Shown here piece after piece: positions 14,033-26,687 of a stretch of DNA of 64,000 bases (position 1 is the first letter of the stretch; each line of letters opens with the position of its first letter). The stretch comes from Lingula anatina (Eukaryota > Animalia > Brachiopoda), in NCBI GenBank assembly GCA_051362555.1, contig CM120640.1:31143967-31207966 (forward strand), given 5' to 3'. The position numbers and the translations under genes were made by a program. The notes under the pieces are model-generated. The model was not told where the DNA came from. It ran no database searches and was given only the letters and a program-made list of their open reading frames with translations.

Positions 14033-14260
14033 CACCCCATTTCCATAGATTTATAGATCGATCCATCCCTGTGGGGAGTCTCACTAGATTACTGTCAGCT
14101 TGGCTGGCTTAAGCGTCTGTCCCGCCTACTAAAAGCTGTAAGGGGGTAATTAACTATGGTGCCCGCTCGGCTGACTGCAATTTAGCGTGAACCCCCAGGG
14201 AGTTAGGTCGATCTAAATCTTAATCTTTAGATCGATCTAAATCTCTGGGAAAGCACCCTT
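14033..14260. mobile_element. PIF/Harbinger-type MITE (~215 bp, AGATCGATCT family)
   Basis: Inverted ends TTCC.AGA...AGATCGATC; core GGGGAGTCTCACTAGATTACTGTCAG shared with the copies at 15950, ~18030, ~24800 and 50238. Confidence 0.75.
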
Positions 14261-14899
14261 AGTTTCAAACTTGATCTGTATATTAGTCAACTGATCACTC
14301 CTGTGGGTTGCAAGACAACAGGCTGATATTGGTTTTCCTTGAAACAGCATAAATGGTACGATCATGTGATTTTAAATTTGACCTGCGTTTAATGAATATT
14401 CATCAGTTTTATAAGTTTAAAGCTAAAAGGTAAAATGGTTTTCCACTTATCGTGTTATCGGTGAAAGTGCACGGTGATGGCAACGGAAACAACGACAACG
14501 TCAGATGCAGGCAACAGCTATATGTATAATATATGACAGCTATATGTCTGTACATAAAATTTGTCCAATCAGGCCACTTTTCAAACTCAACCTGTATTTT
14601 ATGAATATTCAACAGGTCCATGAGTTTGGAGACAAAAGGTAAAAAGGTTTCAAACAGCCACATCAGAGGCAGGAGGCGGCTATATTTACAGACACATCTG
14701 TGTCAGTACATAAAAAGGGGCATAACTTCATCAAAACTGAGCCGATCAAGATAACTTTCAAATTTCATTTGTATATTAGTCCTATGAATCAGTCACGCAA
14801 GTTTTAAAGCAAAATATAACATGGTTTTCATTCATGTTACATGTATCTGTATAACAGAGGATAAAATATGCAGAAAAAAGTGAAAAAGAGCACTGATTT

Positions 14900-15066
14900 C
14901 AGGGGCGGATTGAGGCTGTCTCCTGGGTCTTCTGGAGGACGGTCAGATTTTCAAGTTTACATGGTGGGTATCAATTTTTTTACTGTCAGAAGACGGTCAA
15001 AATGGAGGATGGATCAACAAAGATAATTTGGAAGACTATCAGGAAATATCTGTGGATCTACCCCTG
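14900..15066. mobile_element. MITE with CAGGGG termini and 5-bp TSD
   Basis: CAGGGGCGGATT...GGATCTACCCCTG flanked by GATTT on both sides; related copy at 22259-22443 flanked by CGTAG/CGCAG. Confidence 0.7.
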
Positions 15067-15949
15067 GATTTCATAAAATTTGTATTTCAGTAAAATTTGT
15101 GCTATGGCTTAGTAATTTATGGTCCTGTTATAAAGTTTCATGACTACTTGATACTTAAGGAACCAAGTGATTTTATAACCAACATCTCACAGCTAGCTCC
15201 ACAATGGACAATCAAGACCGACTAGCAGCAAACACCTGACACAAAATTTGGTTTAAAAAAATAATAAAACAAATAAAGATGCACAAAATATATAATTTTG
15301 TGAATTCTGATGCAATAATGAACAAAGCTTAGCAGCACAATCAACATTTAAAATCCCAATAATCAGAACTGCATTTATGCTGAAAAAAAAACAAAAAAAA
15401 ACAAACAATTTTTGAAAACCTTGCCTTATCATGTCTGATCAGTCAGTTAAAATGAGGAGTGATAGTTCTGCTGCATAGGAATCATAAGGAAGAATCAAGC
15501 AACCTCAAACAACCAAAGGGTGAATGCATTTAAATTATTAAAAAGAGATGGAAGGAAAATTTTTCTTCTGCACAAAAGGAGATGGTGAAGCAATTACTAT
15601 CATGAACTGAGACCACCAAAGAAGTTGCCAAGGGAATATACAATGTCTGGATGTCCAAGAACATCTTCCCTTTTTGAGAATATATTCAACAGAATAATTG
15701 TCATATTGGGGCTACAGATAAAAAGCATTGTGCTTATATACAATGCATCTTCTATCATAAACATTCTTTAATTGTCAAGTTTTGATTGAACTTTTAACTT
15801 TCATCTAAGGAGATGAGGTAAGATAAAGAATTAAGAGCTCCCTCATCGAATGCGCACGCTGGTTGTAATTTTACATTTATTGGGGCTTTTCTTTTTTAAT
15901 TTCATGCGATTTTTTTTTTCACAGCAGTAAGGAAACAGCTAGTATATAA

Positions 15950-16285
15950 GACCCCATTCCCAGAGATTAGATCGATTCAACTAGATCACCCTAACTCCCT
16001 GGGGGTTCACGCTAAATAGCTGTCAGCCGAGCGGACACAAAAGTTAATTAGCCCCTTACAGCTTGTGGTAGGCGGGACGGACATTTAAGCCAGATTATCT
16101 GACAGTAATCTAGTGAGACTCCCCACGGGGATAGATTGATCTAAAATCTATGGGAATGCGCCCTACTACAAGCTGTAAGGGGGTAATTAATTTATGTGCG
16201 CGGTCGGCTGACTGTAATTTAGCGTGAACCCCTAGGGAGTTAGGTCGATCTAGATGGATCGATCTAAATCTCTGAAAATGCCCTC
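15950..16285. mobile_element. PIF/Harbinger-type MITE, one copy fused to an inverted half copy
   Basis: TAA-GACCCCATTCCCAGAG...GGGAATGCGCCC is followed directly by an inverted partial copy ending GAAAATGCCCTC-TAA. Confidence 0.75.
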
Positions 16286-17001
16286 TAAGTGTGTCAGGAG
16301 TGTTTACGCATGGATATTCGTGCTAATTCGGGGGTAAGACTTCGTGAAATATATAAAAAAATTATTAAAAAAAGTCTTGGAACAATGAAGTTAGGTAATT
16401 ACACCTTACATGCTTTCCATGAAATCTTCGGAGTGACTTCGCTCGTCTGCTACATTGAACATTGCAAATAGTGTTATATAAAACCAAGACAAAGCATATG
16501 AAAATGTAATCAAATAGAAAAATGAAAACGAGTGGATATTTTATGCTGTCTAGTTCTTTTACCTTTCTTATCATAAGAATTTTAATCAAAATAATAAAAG
16601 TTGCCAATGTTATCATCGTTGTTTTCAGTTTATTTATGTACTTCATCTGTGTGCATTCTTTAAATTCGATGAAGCCGCAGAAAAAAAACTATGACCCATG
16701 ACCAACCTCTACCACAGGGTGGCAGAATATTTGAAAAAGGCAGAGAATGAAATGACTGTCTATTTATCTAAAGACATATCTGTGAATATCTTGTGAAAAA
16801 TTAATCTGTCGCCCATCCCCTGGCAGAGGGTGACATTTGCCTAGCTTTCGATCGAGTAATAAAGACCCTTTTTCCGCGTCCCTTTTTCCCTTTTAAAGAC
16901 CCTTTTTCCGTTGGGAGTCCTTATCTGACTCTGTTAAGAACAGTGCTAAGTTTTTGATCAGTTCTAACATCAGTTCTAACATCTCCAGAAAACAAAACAA
17001 A

Positions 17002-17287
17002 TAACTAGAGGATCAGAGAGGCGATGCCGCCTCCGGATATTGTACCACCAGCTGAAGTAAGCGCATTCGTGTGGAAAAAAAAAAAAAAAAAGCCAGCAGA
17101 AAAATCCGTTCAAACATCATTTTCGGGTAAAATTAAACAATGCCTTTTGGTAATTCTCTAAGTTATACAATGTACTACTTGAAACTATATGCTGGCATTT
17201 GGCTGGTTTTTGTGACAAAAAATTGACTTTGTATGCATCTTTAAGCTCTATAAAATGCTATATACTGTACAAGAGTTATCAAAATAT

Positions 17288-17335
<48 letters not shown>

Positions 17336-18710
17336 GAAAAAACATAAGCGTAAAATGGTCCAATCGAGCAGATTTTCGAATTGACTTGCATTTTCCTAAC
17401 ATTGATCACTCCTGTGATTTTCTAGACAATAGGCCTATTGGTTTTCCTTGAAATGTGTTATCAGTGTTGCATATATGCTGACAAAAGAGAAAGCCCAATA
17501 AGAGGAAGATATGAGGGGCAAGAAAATATGCAAAGTTCAGTTCATGGTGAAAAAGACGGCCTCCTATTCAAGTTCAATAGTAACTTTGGGCATTTCTTTG
17601 CCAATTTTGGAGATATAAAGGCCAAAAAAACATGCAAAGTACAGTTCATCATGAAAAGTAGGTCAAAAGTCAACTTCAAGGTCACAGATTACCAGTTTAT
17701 GACTTCCTATTCAAGTTCAATAGTGACTCTGGGCGTATCGCTGCTATTTTAGGAGTATTTCACATTTTATTTTCACCACTGAATATTGCGATGTTGTACT
17801 TTTTGATATATCGCAACGCCTAAACCGTATCGAAAAAAAAAACAAGGCAGCAAAGCTGTCAAATATACAGACAAAAAGCAGAAAATAAAAATGCACAAAA
17901 TAGGACACTTTCAATTCTGATGCAATAATGCATTATGCTTAACTGCATAGGCATCATCAGATTTTAATTCTGCGCAACAGTTAATTAGGACGAAAGTAAA
18001 ATGTGTAACAAGCACAAGACGGAGTCCCCATACCTAGATCAATCTAACAGGATCGATCCACCTCCAAGGGGTTTCTCACTAAATTGCTTTCGGATTTTGG
18101 CACGCCAGCTTCAGTAGGCATGACAGACATATAAGCCACTTACATTGATTCCAATTTAGCGAGAACCCCCTCAGAGATAGATCGATCCACAGTTAACAAG
18201 ATAGGTTTTGGAAATAAGTATGGGTGATATAATAAGAGTTCAAGTACATATGTTGAAAATTACAGAATGAAAAAAAGTAAAAATTTCACAAAAAATGCAT
18301 AAATTCAATAAAAAAATTATAATTCAATACAGCTGTTTTTCTCATTTGAACTGTATGTCAATCCTAAGAATCATTCTTGTAAGTTAAAAAAAAAATACAG
18401 AAAATGTTAAAGAGCTCCTGGTGGATGGGAGTGAAAAGTCACATGTTGAAAATGCCAGTTTGAAAAATGAAAATTTTTAAAAGGAAAAAATTTAAAAATA
18501 TTCCACTAAAGCTGCCAATCAACTTGAGGGTTCAAGTTAAGATTATATGTGACCTAAATCCAAGAGATGGGGACACAGGTCCTTGCGATCTAGGAGGAGA
18601 AGTGGTAACGGTGACTTGTATTTCACGCCATTCTGCGGAGCAGCAGGAGCTGTCGGAGCTGTACTAGACGGGTCGGGACTAAAACCATGAGTACTGCCAG
18701 CGTACACTAG
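17002..18710 (-). mobile_element. Degenerate HINE family A copy interrupted by family B and MITE sequence
   Basis: AACTAGAGGATCAGAGAGGCGATGCCGCCTCCGGATATTGTACCACCAGC is nearly identical to 150-198; 146-bp unit remnants at 17510-17760; opposite-end sequence at 18530-18710. Confidence 0.65.
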
Positions 18711-19355
18711 TTAGGAAAAAACTTCTTTTTCAAACTACACTAATGCAAGGACTGCTTGGACTGACAATAAGCCAGCTAATCTTTGTTGTCCTTATAAGAA
18801 GGATGGACAGGCGCCAGTGTCGAAAAAGGCTGCCTTTTCATAACATGTCACAATCCGTTTGGAAAAGACGCAAAAACAGCGACCGTAAAATTATTTATGT
18901 CGTTACATTTACAGGCATACATAAGTAAATGTAACCACATAAATAACTTTACGGCTCTTGCGCATTGAGTGACCACTACTCTCTCAACATGCACGAATTC
19001 AGCCCGTGAGGACCACACGAAATGAGCAAGAATTAAGTACGTGCAACGGGCGCCTTAATCACGTAGGGCCTACATCGCACGCACCGTAGCCACCCAAGCG
19101 CAGTGGGAAAAAAGAATTTCGTCAAGTGTCCCATACGACAAGCGCACGACAGGCGAACACTAGGCCTATACGTTCGCATGTCGTACGTACTTTTTCCATT
19201 TTTTGAGAATTCGTAGACCGCACACAGCGGCTGTTGATCATGTTGAAAAAATTCTACGTCCTCTCTGCGACCTCCAAAAGTTGCATGATGGACGTGCTCC
19301 TCACGCACGAAACCCCACGTTTTCCCCAATTTTTTGGTCGTAGACCAGATGTAGA

Positions 19356-19529
19356 GGGGCCGTAGCGATAGTCCGAAGGTTCAATAGTCCGAAGGTTCAT
19401 TGGTCCGAATGTTCACTATAGAACCTTCGGACCAATGAACCCTTGATTAAAAAATCGATAAAAATGTTACCACTTTTCGGACCAATGAACCTTCGGACTA
19501 ATGAACCTTCGGACTATCGAGACGCCCCC
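19356..19529. mobile_element. MITE with 8-bp TSD and 16-bp subterminal tandem repeats
   Basis: GATGTAGA duplicated at 19348-19355 and 19530-19537; GGGG termini; TAGTCCGAAGGTTCAA units on the left arm are inverted on the right arm. Confidence 0.8.
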
Positions 19530-20125
19530 GATGTAGAAGCCCGTACGTTGGGTTGGGACCCATCAGGCTTAAATGTGCGAGACAGATCTTAAGAAAAACA
19601 TGTCGGTGCTTCCTACGCATTGTCCAAACATAGAATAGAATATGAGACCTAAATATGCATATATGCATGAGTTCAAGATGTAACTTGCTTCTTGAAACGT
19701 CATGTTTGCATCTGCGAGGCGCAGCAGAAGGTTACAAACAGAAAGTGATACGTATTTGAGTGAAAAATCATGGGGTCTGGTGGCAATTAAAAAAACAACA
19801 TTTTGCATTGTGTACGGTCTTTATCATGCAGATTCATTTCTTACCTCTAGAATTGTTTCAAATTGAGCAACCCGTTATTATTGACGCACCGAATCTGAAT
19901 AAAAAAACAACCCATTGGTTCTCAATTTTGACACAATCTTGTCGCTTGTCCAAAGTAAAGACACTTGAGCACCTCTTGCAACTTTTCGAAACGATGGCAC
20001 CTTTACCGGTAGCTGGGCAGTTGTTAAAGGGACTAATAGTAAAAGGACCAAAGTCATAGAAACAAAGCCCTGGGCTTATAAGTTTTTATAAAAAATTAAA
20101 ACAAACTTCCAAAAAGGCCAATTAA

Positions 20126-22117
20126 AGACGGGGATTAAGTACAGTGTCCAACGGATGACGCTATAGCGCCAATTTTGGGGAAAAATGCCGTTTTCGGAAT
20201 TGGGATTTTCTCTATAACCAAGACAGCTATTCAAGTAATTCAAAAGGCCTCATAAAGCTGGGTGAAAGCACTTCAGCGCGGTACCAGGGAATTGTCTTAA
20301 TCTATTTACTTTTGATTTTATCATCTTTTACGTTAAATTACCCCATATTTCAATGGGTTATTCACTTCAAAAGACGATAACTTTCAAGCAAACCCCTGAC
20401 ATCATCCTGTAGTCCACATTCCCAACAACAATAGGTGCAACTTTTGTAACGATCGGTTGCTCAGATAGTGAGATATACTTGGCAGCGATTCACTTATCTC
20501 GTCAATATAGAAAGCTGTTAAAACAGCCAAAAACGTTCACAGGTTGGTTAACAGAACTTATTAGTCAAATGCTTAGCTGGCAAATTTAAGCTACCTGTTA
20601 TCGGTTATACGATTAGGTGGAACCATTGCTCATTGTCATCTAAAAATATTTTGTTTGTGTGCTTTGAAAGGGCAGAAAATCGTGCTTTTGTTACATTTTC
20701 CGACCACTCGTTAGGCCTGTAAGCGTGCCGCCATTTTGATTGACAGCTCTGGAGAGGGCCCTAGCCTAGTGATGCCCAGTAGGGTGTCAAGGATATGTAG
20801 AAGGAAGCGCTAACAAAGGCGATTACGTTTAACCGCAATTAAGAGGTGTGAAGTTGCATTTGAACGTTTCAATGGCTTTTCCTCGGCAATCGAGTAATTT
20901 TACCTGAGAGATAAAACTGTCTGTCGAGAGCAAGTGGCCGTCACTTGTGTTAATAAGAGTTTTTTGACGGTTAACGCTGCAGGATTATTTTGCACGGCAC
21001 TTGGTAATCGTCAGATCAACGGAAAAATTGAGTGATTACTTCAGAGCGGTATCTCTCAAAATGCCAGCTAAGATAAAGGGGAAACGCTCAGTTGCACAAG
21101 ATTCAGCGGTAAAAGTGGCTGAGAGAAGGCTTTTGCATAAATATTTTATTTTTACACACATGACACTTAGATCCTATTTGCGTTTTACCTGCTAGTCTTG
21201 ACTATTCTCGGGTCTTTTTGTGATTTTCATTTTTGGATACATTTTGAACTCTTTCTTCACGCTTGATCAGTGATTTTGAAATTGTTTTTCTCCAAACATC
21301 GAAAAATGCAAAGCCGCTAACATGCGTTTTTATTTTTATTGTTTTAATCATGCTGTCAACCCTTGCTTGGATTTCTCTCGTTTGGCCATTCACATCACAA
21401 TTTTTCGCGTGTCTCTCAAGCTCCATGATATCATATCTTGGAGAATAAAATTTTATTTTGTCAACATTAGATTTACCTTTTGCAAACGGCGACCAACAAT
21501 CATTTCCGGTTTCGTAACGTGTCGCAGATGCGCTCGCCGATATACATCGCAAAAATTAAGAGCTAGGCTAAAAGTATCTTTTTCAGCGTTTTTTTATTTA
21601 TTTATCGATTTTTCTTTCATTTGTCAATTAATTTAGACGATTCGATTAACTCTTTCACCCATTTATTAGGTATACAGGAATCAGTCATCCGACTGAACAA
21701 ATAGGGCCGGTTTTCCCCAACCGCCACGCATAGGTCCTACTCTCTTTCAATATTTTCTTTCTTTCCTCTGGAAATGGACTTTTAACACGAACTTTTCTCT
21801 TCCCCATAGTGAACTAGCTAGACTTCTTCGCTGCTAAGCTGATGTAAGACTTATGACCTATTACCGCACACGTAATCGGCTTATAACTCATTAACTGTGC
21901 TCCGACCCCCTCATGGCAACGGCCCTTAGTAACAGAGGCGTGACTTAGTTGTCAGCCTGACTGGGGCGCGTGCCGGTTGAAAAACTCATCAAAAGACATT
22001 TTGCGATGCAAATTTATAAAAATTATTACATCCAACGTTAGATACTTTTTTGATTAATATAAACACACAAAAAACTCAAAGACATGATTTTAAGCGTAGT
22101 TAACCCTATCACCGGCC
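20126..22117. mobile_element. Possible non-autonomous TTAA-flanked DNA transposon (Kolobok-like)
   Basis: TTAA on both sides; weak TIR AGACGGGGAT / ATCACCGGCC (7/10 match); interior is visibly more CpG-rich than the flanks. No coding similarity seen. Confidence 0.3.
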
Positions 22118-22644
22118 TTAAAACCCAGTGATACCCCCATCTTCCCACTGCACCACAACATACAGATCTGCAATAATTGCAGCATACTTCAAACTATTAA
22201 AAGCAGCAGCTTCAAACTATTAAAATTGAAAGTTGTTCAATATATTTCATGTACGTAGCAGGGGCAGATTAAGGGTCTTTCATATCTTGGTCTTTCAGAA
22301 GACAGATTTTCAAGTTTACATTAACGGGTATTTAATTTTTTTTTTTTTTTTTTTTTTTTGGGGGGGGGGGTCGGGAGACGGACAAAATGGAGAATAGATC
22401 AACAAAGATAAACTGTCAGAAAATATCTCTGGATCCGCCCCCGCGCAGAGTACATAACTATATACACTTCAATGAAAAAATACATCCGATGCATTTGTTT
22501 TTATATATTTATTTGCTGAATAAACATCTTATGGATATCAACAACCTTGCGCAAAACGTGGGGTTAAAAAAGGTTTACTTCAGATAATCAAACATTAATG
22601 TCTATTTTCAATGTTTCAGGTTTTCTATTTACTTCGATTTCAGA

Positions 22645-23475
22645 TGAAAGCACCATCGAAATGGACAGGCATTGCCGATTTGTATTATGAAAGGTGGTTC
22701 GAGACGCAGATGGCAGAGATAAGACGTCAGCGAGCCTAGACAACCAAGGCCTAAGCCAAAACATGCGTACAAAGTGCATGTATGGGGAGGTAATGAATTT
22801 GTACATGTATACTCACTGTGTTATTTCAGTAGGCCTCTTGTTTAAATTGACAGAAAGTACTGAATAGATTAATGTAGAATATACTTATATTTTTCAGTGT
22901 GAAGAATAAAGCAAAATTATCACAAGGAAAATGCAATTAAATCCCTTGCTTCTTGCTGTGTAGTTAATTTCCCTCAGTCTTCGCCTTCCATATTTCATCT
23001 AGAGTATTTTTTAGTAATGAGACATTTGTATTCTTTCTTTTATGTCGCAGGAGAGGGGCAACATCGCTAGTAATATTTATAGGCATCATGGATGCAAAGT
23101 CCCACGTGATGGAACTCTAAACAGAATATTTGCTGCCATTTTTAAGAAAATAATCCCCCTTCATCATAGGTTTCAAAAAGACAACGACCCAAAACACATA
23201 AGCAAACTGGCAAAATAATTTATTGCACCACATAATATCAACTGGTTCTAAAGTCTCCCCTAAAGTCCTGACTTAAACCCCATTGAAACCCTTCGGCCAG
23301 AACTCAAACGTTATATCTGCATAAAGTAAACCAACCACCTTAAAGATGAATTGGTACAAGGTATGTACACCAATTTTGGAAGACGGGGGCGTCTCAAAAT
23401 GCATTAAATACACCAATCACATTCACAAAGTAATCCCAAAATTAAATGAAGTTAATGGCGCCGCCTCTGGCTATC
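22645..23475 (+). pseudogene. Tc1-like DDE transposase pseudogene, apparently intron-containing
   Basis: Reads DESTIEM...KPKHAYKVHVWG, then a ~260-bp AT-rich GT..AG gap (22790-23050), then RGATSLVIFIGIMDA...HRFQKDNDPKH...SPDLNPIETL...KDELVQG...NGAASGY; multiple stops and frameshifts. Confidence 0.85.
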
Positions 23476-24887
23476 AAACATGGACCTTATAGTATTTTTT
23501 TCACTTCAGGTGACAGTCCAGGTCCACTTTTATTCTTCTAACAATTTATTCAGCGCGGCATATTCAACAAACAAAATTTGCCGTAAAGACTCAAGGGACG
23601 TCGTCTCGGGATTGGAGCAGCCTTTTTAGCATTGCATTGGGCAATATGAAACTTGCGATAACGATACATATGTTTAGTCTTTGACCAAGCAAGACTTGGC
23701 GGCTCCAGCTTTACAGCAATCGGAACATTTGTCTTTTTAGTACGTCCTCACAGCTGCACTGCCAAGCTAGTGCAGGCCTAGCGAAAATGTCGAACTTTGA
23801 AACAATTTGCATTTTATTATCTATTTCTCTTCTATACTGCATTAATTATGTCATATGGTTAAGGTTCTGCTAATATACAAATTTCATCTTCAGTGCAGAA
23901 ATCAATGATCATATTGTTATAGTACGTTCACGTGCTGCCCAGCAAATTCTTATTAAAGGTCAATTTATCTTGACCAATTATTTAATGCCTTTTTTTTCAT
24001 CTTATTAGGGATGTCGTAAAAGAATGCTCATCTTTGTTGGTCTGGCATTGAAAAAGAATGTAACCCCCCTCTACCTTCCTCAAAAAGAAAAGGCCAGGGT
24101 CAGTCACCCCGCCGCAGCAACCCTGACATCCAACAATTTTTTTCTAATTGCATGGTAAAACAGAATCCGGCCTCTCCTATATTTTCCAGCATTTTAGGGT
24201 AGTTTGTTCACACTCAGTTTCGGCACTTCTTTTGGCACAATTACTTACTTTTCAAACTCATGGCCACGAACTTTGGTTTTGATATTCACACTTAAATATT
24301 TTCCCCATATTTTGGCATTTCTGCAATAACATAAAATTACTTTATTCTCATTCCATGCAAATCTCAGTTCAAAATTCTAGTAAGAAAAATTTTATTTGAC
24401 TGTCTCAGAAATAAAGAGTCAGACCCCTTTATATTTCATTAAATAACTTTTATTGTATTTACTATCTCTAAACCTTTAAAAAAAGTTATCCTTTTTGATG
24501 CTTGTCACCTGATCTTTCCAAATACTGACCACAATAGAAATAAGTATTTGTATTTTCTTGTAATATGTTATCCATATAAATATCATGTTTGAGATATTTT
24601 ATGTATAATTAACATTTTAAATATCACAAATCTTATCATAACACAACATATGGTTTTAGGCAAAACCTGGATTTTGATATCAGGGCTGCCTCGATAATCA
24701 ACATTCATGTACCTTAAATCCCTTAGATAGATGCACACAAGAATAAACTCAAAACATCAGGCCTGACGCAAACTCTCTGGTAAATTTGCCACATAGGGAC
24801 CATTCCCACAGATATTTGGATCGACCTATCTCCCTGGGGGAGTCTCACTGAATTGCTATCAACTTAACCCGCTTAAATGTCTGTTAA

Positions 24888-25108
24888 GCCCCCTTTACAC
24901 TGGACGGCGTCCCTTCTGCGTCCAGCAGTTCGGCCCCATTTGAGAGTTAAAGAATTATAATACTTTACGTGCCGACAACTGGCCGACCATTGAGCATTCA
25001 TTCTGATACCAAATCAATGCTCGTGCCTCCTTATTAAGACCACAGCGATGCCAAATTTCATGGTCGCAGAAAGGACGCAGAAAGGACGCCGTCCAGTGTA
25101 AAGGGGGT
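24888..25108. mobile_element. MITE nested in an AGATCGATCT-family MITE (~24797-25205)
   Basis: ~35-bp TIR GCCCCCTTTACACTGGACGGCGTCC...GGACGCCGTCCAGTGTAAAGGGGG; the host MITE sequence resumes after it. Confidence 0.8.
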
Positions 25109-25489
25109 ATTACATCTAGTAAAGCTCCTAGGGGGTAGTTATCTTTACTCCCTAGCTGATTCGGTATGATCCAGATCCAGATGGAGCGATCTAGGCATGG
25201 GAACCCAGTAATATTTGCTATTAATTTGTAAGAATATAATACTTTCTGGCAAATTTACTGCAAACGTAAGATTTGCTGCTAATTTGCTAGAATATAAAGA
25301 CTTTCTTGCAATACATAATAGTGCTGCAATATTGCTGCTTACATTTAATTTTGCTAGGGGGATTGTCCATCTTTCACTTTTTCTGCATATATGATAATTT
25401 CAACACTTAATCAGATAATAAGGCTTTTGTGCATTATATAAATAACAACATACATTATGATCCATAACTTGTCCAATTTGCTTGCCATT

Positions 25490-25678
25490 CAGATCAGAAA
25501 TACGTGACTCAATATGTTCAATATAAATCCTGAGATAGATGTTTTTTCCTCTTGGTGTGTCTCCGTCTTTGAATCCCAATAGCACACATCAGAAATACCT
25601 GGATTCAAGTAGTCATGAAATTTCATGATTTCTTCGTAAGAAGCAAACCCTTTGTAAAACTTAACAGCTTCTAGTTCC
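25490..25678 (-). pseudogene. Possible ISL2EU/Harbinger-related transposase N-terminal relic
   Basis: The minus strand reads ELEAVKFYKGFASYEEIMKFHDYLNPGISDVCYWDSK, resembling the 'KFYTGF.SY..L..F...L.P....YW' segment of ISL2EU-type transposases (recognised from memory only). Confidence 0.45.
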
Positions 25679-26687
25679 CTGTAATTTCCCCTTAATTTAT
25701 TTAATTTGTGGAATTTCCAGTTGGAATGAAAACATGTATTAACTTACACCTCAAGATAGAAAGTACATAAAATGCATGCAATTTTAAATTGGATTTTATT
25801 TCTTTACATCAGAAATTAATACCATACATTGTACATCAGAACAACAAAATGGTTACTATAAACAGGTTGCTTGTGACCAAGTCATTTAATTGAGTCTATG
25901 ACCATTTAGCAATTTGGAGGTGGGGATGTAGACCAAGATGTAACTTGCAAAGAGTGTATGAGTTTACAATGCACTTAATTCTAATTAAGAGGCTGCACTG
26001 TTATTTCAAGCAATTAGTGAAGACAGTTGCATTATCCTGCTTGTCAAGAGGATTTGTGCCATATAATTCGTAAAAAAAAAAAAAAATAATTTCCCTTAGT
26101 AATAGTTTACAGACCTTTTAGCCTCTTATTCAAATGAATATGCAATTTATCAGTTACAAACAAGGAAAAGTAGTTATACTCTAATTCAAGTACAAAATTT
26201 GACACTGTGAAATGCATACTGATACACACCTTGAAAACAGGTAGCGTGATTGGATGTACCAGCAAATTCAGGATCATTCAGTGCCAAGTTGGGTAGGCCT
26301 GAACAAACTACTTCCAACTTAATGTCTATAACCATAACAATTTGCTCTCTAAGCTAACTTAATTTGTGGAATCTACCATTTAATCACCTGTTCTTCTTTT
26401 GTATGGTCCACTCTCCCTGTTTATTTTGAATAAGCATGATAAAATTAATGACGTGATCTTTTCAATAGGGAAAAACAATTTTCAGATGCTTAACTTTAGA
26501 ATCACTAAAAATACAACTTTTTTGTAGCATTTGTGGTGATTTCACTGAATAGAATGGAACTGTATGATAGTCTTTACAGTTTTGTTGCTACCTGCAAAAA
26601 ATCTAAATTTAAGAATTTATGATTTAAAAATACATAATCATTAGAATTCAGAATTTTCCCCATTCAAAAGGTTGAGTCGTTGCCGTA

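Larger units (their letters stand above)
8692..14712. mobile_element. Cluster of HINE-like family B copies with degenerate ~310-345 bp internal repeats
   Basis: End motif AACAAG(G/A)CAG(C/A)AAAGCTGTCAAATGTACAGACAAAAAGCAG at 8692, 12412, 17841 and ~26860, and inverted at ~60520. The opposite end ...CACATCTGTGTCAGTACAT lies at ~14700 and ~27470. A GAAAATGCCA anchor recurs at 11091, 11436, 12111, 12927, 13239 and 13581. Confidence 0.65.
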
